Assembly: GCA_054600435.1 (NCBI GenBank)
Contig: BAAIJX010000037.1
Span: forward strand, 124,001-188,000
Direction of reading: 5' to 3'
Source: Neophaeotheca triangularis
Taxonomy: Eukaryota
DNA: 64,000 nt
Shown here piece by piece: positions 58,528 through 64,000 of the stretch. Under the pieces are notes generated by a model that was not told where the DNA came from, searched no databases, and was given only the letters and a program-made list of their open reading frames with translations. Both the position numbers and the translations under genes were made by a program. Numbering within the stretch: the stretch's first letter is position 1; each line of letters starts with the position of its first letter.

Positions 58528-59192
58528 CACGCTTCAAAGATCCCAATCGTTTCCAACTCTTCCCATTCGCCCGTTCGTCCTTTTGTCCACTTATGCAATC
58601 ATAGGAGATAAGTTTTTCTAGAGGGTCTTAAGGTACCATGGCAGCGACATGTTCTATCGAACTCCGGCCCACGGATGACAGCAAAATTCAGGACAAGTCT
58701 ACTGTGAACGGTATTGTGATCCTCCAGGCGAATGTCTGATACACTGTTGCCCTTTTTAGCGTATGCGAAGCGGCCAAGAAAGATACCTATCTCTCTCCTA
58801 CTAGGGAGTTGCGGTATTAAGTCTAAGGCGAATAGCTACCAACGGGAGAACTGTTCAATCTAGGTGATTAAGTGTACGCGTCTCTGGCAAATTCCAAACT
58901 CTTTCTTTCTCGGGACCTTCTTATAGCCGTAGGGGAGCCATTAGACTCGTTACAGGTGTTTCAAATGGTTGCTAAGGGTAGAGAAGGCATAGCAGTAGCT
59001 GAGAGGTTGATGAGAAATAGCACGGAACTATGAAATTTATGACAGATAGCCCTTCCGCGTTCTGCGGTCATCACCTTGCCCAAACACTGTTGCTTAAGTC
59101 TCGGGCCCATTTAACAAGATATGTTCAAGCATGATCAATCAAAAAAGAAGGGAACCAGAGCGAGGCCAAGTAGATCATTCCTCGTTGAGCAT

Positions 59193-60924
59193 CTAAGTCA
59201 TAACAAAATCACTATAATCCCTTGCCTTAACCTCCTCACAACGCTTCCTATACCCAGGAGCAGGCCCATTGTACCTTGTCATTGAGCGTTTCTGCTTATG
59301 CTTCAGGTTCTTGTTGACACCCGTCATCCACGAGTCGACCTCATTGGCCAGCAATCCCTTGCCACACTCATGCACGTGCATCGTCCAGTCATCCATACCC
59401 TTTTGGGTGGCTTCGATGCATGAAATCTCGCGCTCGCGTGCCCACTTGATCAAATCTGAGACCCACTCGACGGCGAACTCGATGCTGCGGGGAATATTGC
59501 CGAACATCTGGAAAGGATTGTTAGCAGGTCAGACTATCTGAGCGATGGTAATGGATGCGTGATTTACCTGATGCGGACCCATGATCATAAACATGTTTGG
59601 GAAGTCTTTGACAGTAAGACCGAGGAAGGTACTGAGACCATCTTCCCAGACTTCCTTCAAGGGTTTGCCACCACGACCTCGAATGTCAACAGCACTGAAA
59701 GATCCGGTCACTGCGTCAAAACCTGTAGCGTAGATAATGATGTCGAGCTCATGTTCTTCCTCGGTGGTTCGGATCCCCTTTTCCGTAACCGTGTCGACGG
59801 GAGTTTCTTTCAGATCCACGAGTTTGACATTGTCCTGATTAAAGACCTCGTAGTAGCCACTTTCGAGAGGGAGTCGGCGAGTACCGAAGCCATGGTTTTT
59901 TGGTATCAATCTCTCGGCAGTGACTGGATCGTTGACCCTAGCGCGGATCTTGCGAGCATGGAAATCGCTGTAGAGTTTGTTCGCTTCGTGGTTGGTGTAG
60001 ATGTCCGGGGGCACGCTCAAGACTTTTGCGAACCCGGGCTTCTCGTACAGCGTCTCCCATTCTGCGTAGCGCTCCTCGATGGGTTTGTCAGCGACCTTGC
60101 CTGAACCGCCGACATGGACAAAGCAGGCGCTCGAGTCTTGACATTTGCGGAAGATGTCAGGGTAGTTCTTTCGGATTTCTTGCATCTCATCTTGGCTGAT
60201 TTTGGTGTTTCGGAGAGGGGCAGTCCAGTTTGGAGTGCGTTGAAAGACAGTCAGTGATCCGAAGTCATCCTTGATCGCCTGGATGGTTTGAATGGCAGTA
60301 GCTCCTGTGCCGATGATTCCCACGCGCTTCCCGTTCAAAGCGGAAGAGTCTGAAGGCCATCGGGCTGTGTGCCATGCCTCGCCTTTGAAATCATGAACGC
60401 CTGGAATATCTGGCAGCGTAGGCTGGTTGAGGATTCCCATTGCGGTGATTAACCATTTGCAGGAGTAGGTGGCGCCGTCGACGTCTGTCAGCAGCCACGA
60501 GTTGGTGCCTTCTTGGAAGTGTGCTGACTGAATCCGAGTGTCGAATTGCATGTCTCTCCGCAGGTCAAACTTGTCGGTAAGGAAGTTGATGTATTTGAGT
60601 GTCTCGGGCTGGGGCGAAAAGTGCTCTGTCCACTCCCACTCATCGAGGAGCTCTCGGAGTCAAATCGAGCTCCAGGATATCGATTCCTGCCATTCGTCAG
60701 TCTCCAACGCCAGGATGGTCTTGAGCGCAAGCGTCGTACCAATACCAAGTGCCACCCTCTCCTGAACCAGCCTCGAGAACTCTGGCCCTCATACCCAGTT
60801 GACGCATGCGAAGAAGCGAGAAGATGCCGCTGAGACCAGCTCCAACAATAACTGCATCGTAGTTCAGGGACGTGTCTCGATTTTCATCACCATTGAGATG
60901 GGCGCTGGGATTGATTTGTCCCAT
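59193..60924 (-). CDS. Type I Baeyer-Villiger monooxygenase (cyclic ketone/phenylacetone monooxygenase-like, BVMO-2), 3 exons
   Basis: VGAGLSG, GGTWYW|NRYPGARFDSES, fingerprint FKGEAWHTARWP, IGTGATA, FQRTPN, GTRRLP and ATGFD. Confidence 0.95.
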
Positions 60925-61351
60925 AGTGGGGTATTTCAAGGTGTGGTGTGGTATCACTTGTTGAGGACAAGTTGAGAATGTTACGGCTTTCCAGTCAAAC
61001 GTTCAGGATTTGCCAGATCTCATTCTCAGGACGTCTTTTCTATTCTGCATTTATGAACAAGCTACTTGACCGGGCAGCTGTTTAATGGGACACGGAGAAG
61101 CTTCCAGCCGGCTGACGCGATCGGCAGATTTGGCTTTCCAGGAAGAGTTAACCGGTAGAAGCGTCCCATGGGGTTTGTGGAGAAGGTTAAAGAAGCCGGA
61201 GATGAAGCCGGGCACGGCCGGGGTAGTCGGTTCACGACATGTGGCGGTAACATTGATAAGGTTCATAATAATGTTACAATACCTTGCCGGAGCATTGAAC
61301 GATTAGACAACGTACTCTGATTTTGGACATTCAATCCCAACACCGCCCATC

Positions 61352-62500
61352 ATGCCTTTGCAACGATACACCTACGACGGACCTGTCGACCACACCATCA
61401 AACCCGCAACCGAGAACGTTGCAGGCAAGTCCGTGATTGTGACAGGCGGCGCCAACGGCATTGGTGAATCATGCGTGAGAATTTTTGTGGCTGCAGGGGC
61501 TTTTGTGACCTTTGCCGACTTCAACGATCGAGGAGCGGGCATTGCAGATGAGTTGAACGCCAACGGTGACTGCTGTGCTTTTGTGCAGTGTGATATCCGG
61601 TCATGGGACCAGCAAAAGGTCGTGTTCGAGACTGCGAAAAGCCGAAGCCCGTCAAATAGTGTTGACATTGTTATCGCGAATGCTGGGATTAGTCGAAGCT
61701 CAGGAGATAGCTTGTGGCAGCTTGACGGTAAGCTGACAGAAATTGACACGGACGGTTTGAATGGCATTTTGCTCACCCTTATCTTTTGATCAGACCACAA
61801 TGACGAGCCGACCAAGCCTGATCTCAACATCGTCGATGTGAACGTGAACGGCACTTTCTATACCTGGAAACTCGCGGTACATTATTTCCGCAAGCAAGCC
61901 GAAACCGACGACCGCGATCGAGCATTCATCATGACAGGCAGCATGGTCGCCTGGATCGACTCTCCGGTAAGCAAGCTCTGACCCGTATGAACAATCGGAC
62001 CACCTTCTAATGCGATGCTTGCAGGGCAATTGGGAGTACACCGCCACCAAGTACGCTCTCCGAGGTTTTATGCGCACAGTCCGGCGGTCGAGCTGGGAGC
62101 AAGGTATCCGCATCAACTATGTTGCTCCCTGCTGGATCAAGAGCGCTATCCGTTCAGCGGAATACGAGAAACATCTTATGGGCCTTGGCGTTGAGTTTGG
62201 CGAGAGCGAGGATGTTGCCAACTGCATGATGAGGATAGCTTGTGATCGAGCCATCAACGGTAAGATGCTAATGTCCAATTTGCCAAAGAGCCAACAAACG
62301 TTGGCAAAAATATGGGAATTGAACTGACTGCGAGTAGGCCGATCATTCATGATCACGCCCCGATCGATAGCAAAGGAGGGTTTCATCGACTCGGACCGAG
62401 AAGACTACGACCCGACTGGGAAGGACGAGCATTTGGCGAAAGTGCAAGCATCTCAACTCGTCGTCATCGACGATAAATGGCTCGACAGCCATCCGACTAG
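61352..62500 (+). CDS. Short-chain dehydrogenase/reductase (SDR), 4 exons
   Basis: GKSVIVTGGANGIG, DIVIANAG, YTATK (YxxxK) and IRINYVAP. Confidence 0.9.
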
Positions 62501-62739
62501 AATCTACAAGAACTGATGTGCGGCGCTCATCCTCAGATGGCGCGATTTGGACATGTTGTCAGTATATCCTGAGCAAAAGAGGAGTGGTGAGCTCAGAAGG
62601 AGCCCAGCGCAGAAACCAGATCCCTCGGCGACCTTGCTCTTAGACTCCAGTCTCGGATAAAAGCTCCTTACTATACAGTTATATTGTCGAATTCCATTAC
62701 CTCTAGGTGATGTCGCAGCCAGCCGCACAATACAGCTTG

Positions 62740-63200
62740 AAGGAAAGCCATTCAGTGTGGGTAACAACCTTTTCGATAAACGGCCGTCTGAGCCCCGGAA
62801 TGTGCCCGTGTGGAATGACGCTCTCTGCATCAACCAAGACGACTTTTCAGCAAGGAATACTCAAGTCGGCCCGATGTCTTGTGTCTCTAGTCAAGCAGCT
62901 ACGCGAATGACCCTCCCTTCTCGGGCATCCATGGATTACCGAGCCATTCTTCCGCGTTCGATACCATTACCCCTAGTAAAGCATAGCCGGGTCAGCCACG
63001 TGAGACGTTCACTAACATGTCGATGTGGATTTTGTCCGGTGGGCCTACGAGCTTTGGGTCGTGTTTCGCGTGCACTATCTCCTGCAAGATCCACATGCGG
63101 ATGCACCACGGGTCACGTATTCTGTAGAATATAGATGCCAGTTGCAAGGACCATATCGGGAACAGAGTCGATCCGTTTGTCATTTTGACGATTCCCACCC
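62740..63200. pseudogene. Rearranged HET-domain relic, with fragments on both strands
   Basis: + strand VWNDALCINQDDFSARNTQVGPM (~62808-62877); - strand DPWCIRMWILQEIV (~63070-63115). Confidence 0.7.
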
Positions 63201-64000
63201 ACGTTGTGGTCCTGCAGCCATTTCATTTTCAGACCTGGCCGAAGATCCACGTCTGGCGACACGAAGCAGTGGCCCGCTCTGCCCCTACTTAGTACCTTCT
63301 ATGAAGCCACCATACTTATTAGCAAACCGCCACACAAGGCAAAACTCGCCTCTAACACCTCCCTAGCTCCAAAAACCTCCCCACCCCACTATCTACTACT
63401 TAAGCCTCCCTCCCCTGCCTCCGATCCGCACTTTAACCCCAAGGAATTAAACACCGCCCTAAACGCCGGGAACTTCCTCCCCTACAACTAGCAAACCACC
63501 CCATCCATTCGCCATGCCGGTAATCACATTCTCAGACATCCGGATATTCGAGGTTGACCGCTCTCGCTACACAGCTCCACATTCGCCTACGGCCACAACA
63601 TCAACCTCAAAAATCGAAGTCCCCATGCCTCTCTAAAGCTCAATGAGTCGTTTGCGTGCGAGACAATGTAATCGCCGGCCTTGTCAATCGAAATCTGGCC
63701 CTGAATATATCCTCAACATCTCTTCTAGTATTGCTTGGCTGGTGGGTGTAGACGTGTCGCCTCTAGCCGATGTCTGGACTGGCATTTCGCTGCGTAGTTG
63801 AGATCACTGAGAGCGCGTCCAACGGTGTATCCGTCCTCATCACGCACGATCGAAGTTATCGCGGAGGGCTCTTACGGCCTCATTTGTCCGGCCGTAAGTA
63901 TTCTTGATGATGTGGGGAGTAATGAAGTAGAGGGGAAGTAAAAGCAGAAGTAAAAGAGAGAAGGAAAGGTTAAACTAAAGGTAGTAGTAAAAAATGAAGA

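Noticed and set aside
43283..62500. Secondary-metabolite biosynthetic cluster interpretation
   Set aside because: No PKS, NRPS, terpene synthase or prenyltransferase in the window; the enzyme set and PTS1 ligase fit catabolism better (not fully excluded).
1..64000. tRNA, rRNA, snRNA, TPP riboswitch, intact transposon or Starship captain
   Set aside because: No diagnostic motifs recognised by eye; a covariance-model scan would be needed to exclude them.

Overview
Filamentous ascomycete genomic DNA, judged from spliceosomal GT-AG introns with CTAAC/CTGAC branch sites, a Zn2Cys6 transcription factor and HET relics. A Dothideomycete host is a weak inference only. Bases 1-42.5 kb hold mostly intron-poor genes: a Sid1-like STE20/GCK kinase, a GH31 glycosidase, a carboxylesterase-fold protein lacking the catalytic Ser, SYG1 (SPX-EXS), a REX4-like DEDDh exonuclease, MTHFR, a membrane alpha/beta-hydrolase and TAF6. 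Among them sit several unusual elements: an inverted broken exonuclease paralog fused to a retropepsin-like domain, a 1404-aa secreted polyprotein with Kex2-type sites and a repeated 4-Cys module, a spliced 87-aa gene missed by the ORF track, a ~1.1 kb densely self-complementary non-coding segment (structured RNA candidate), decayed HET genes and minisatellites. Bases 43.3-62.5 kb form a compact, intron-rich 10-gene catabolic cluster: 2 BVMOs, an esterase, an MBL lactonase, 2 SDRs, a Zn-ADH, a peroxisomal CoA ligase, an MFS transporter and a Zn2Cys6 TF. It is built from four divergent gene pairs whose promoters share a CGGYAAY motif. All calls come from motif recognition by eye; no searches were run.
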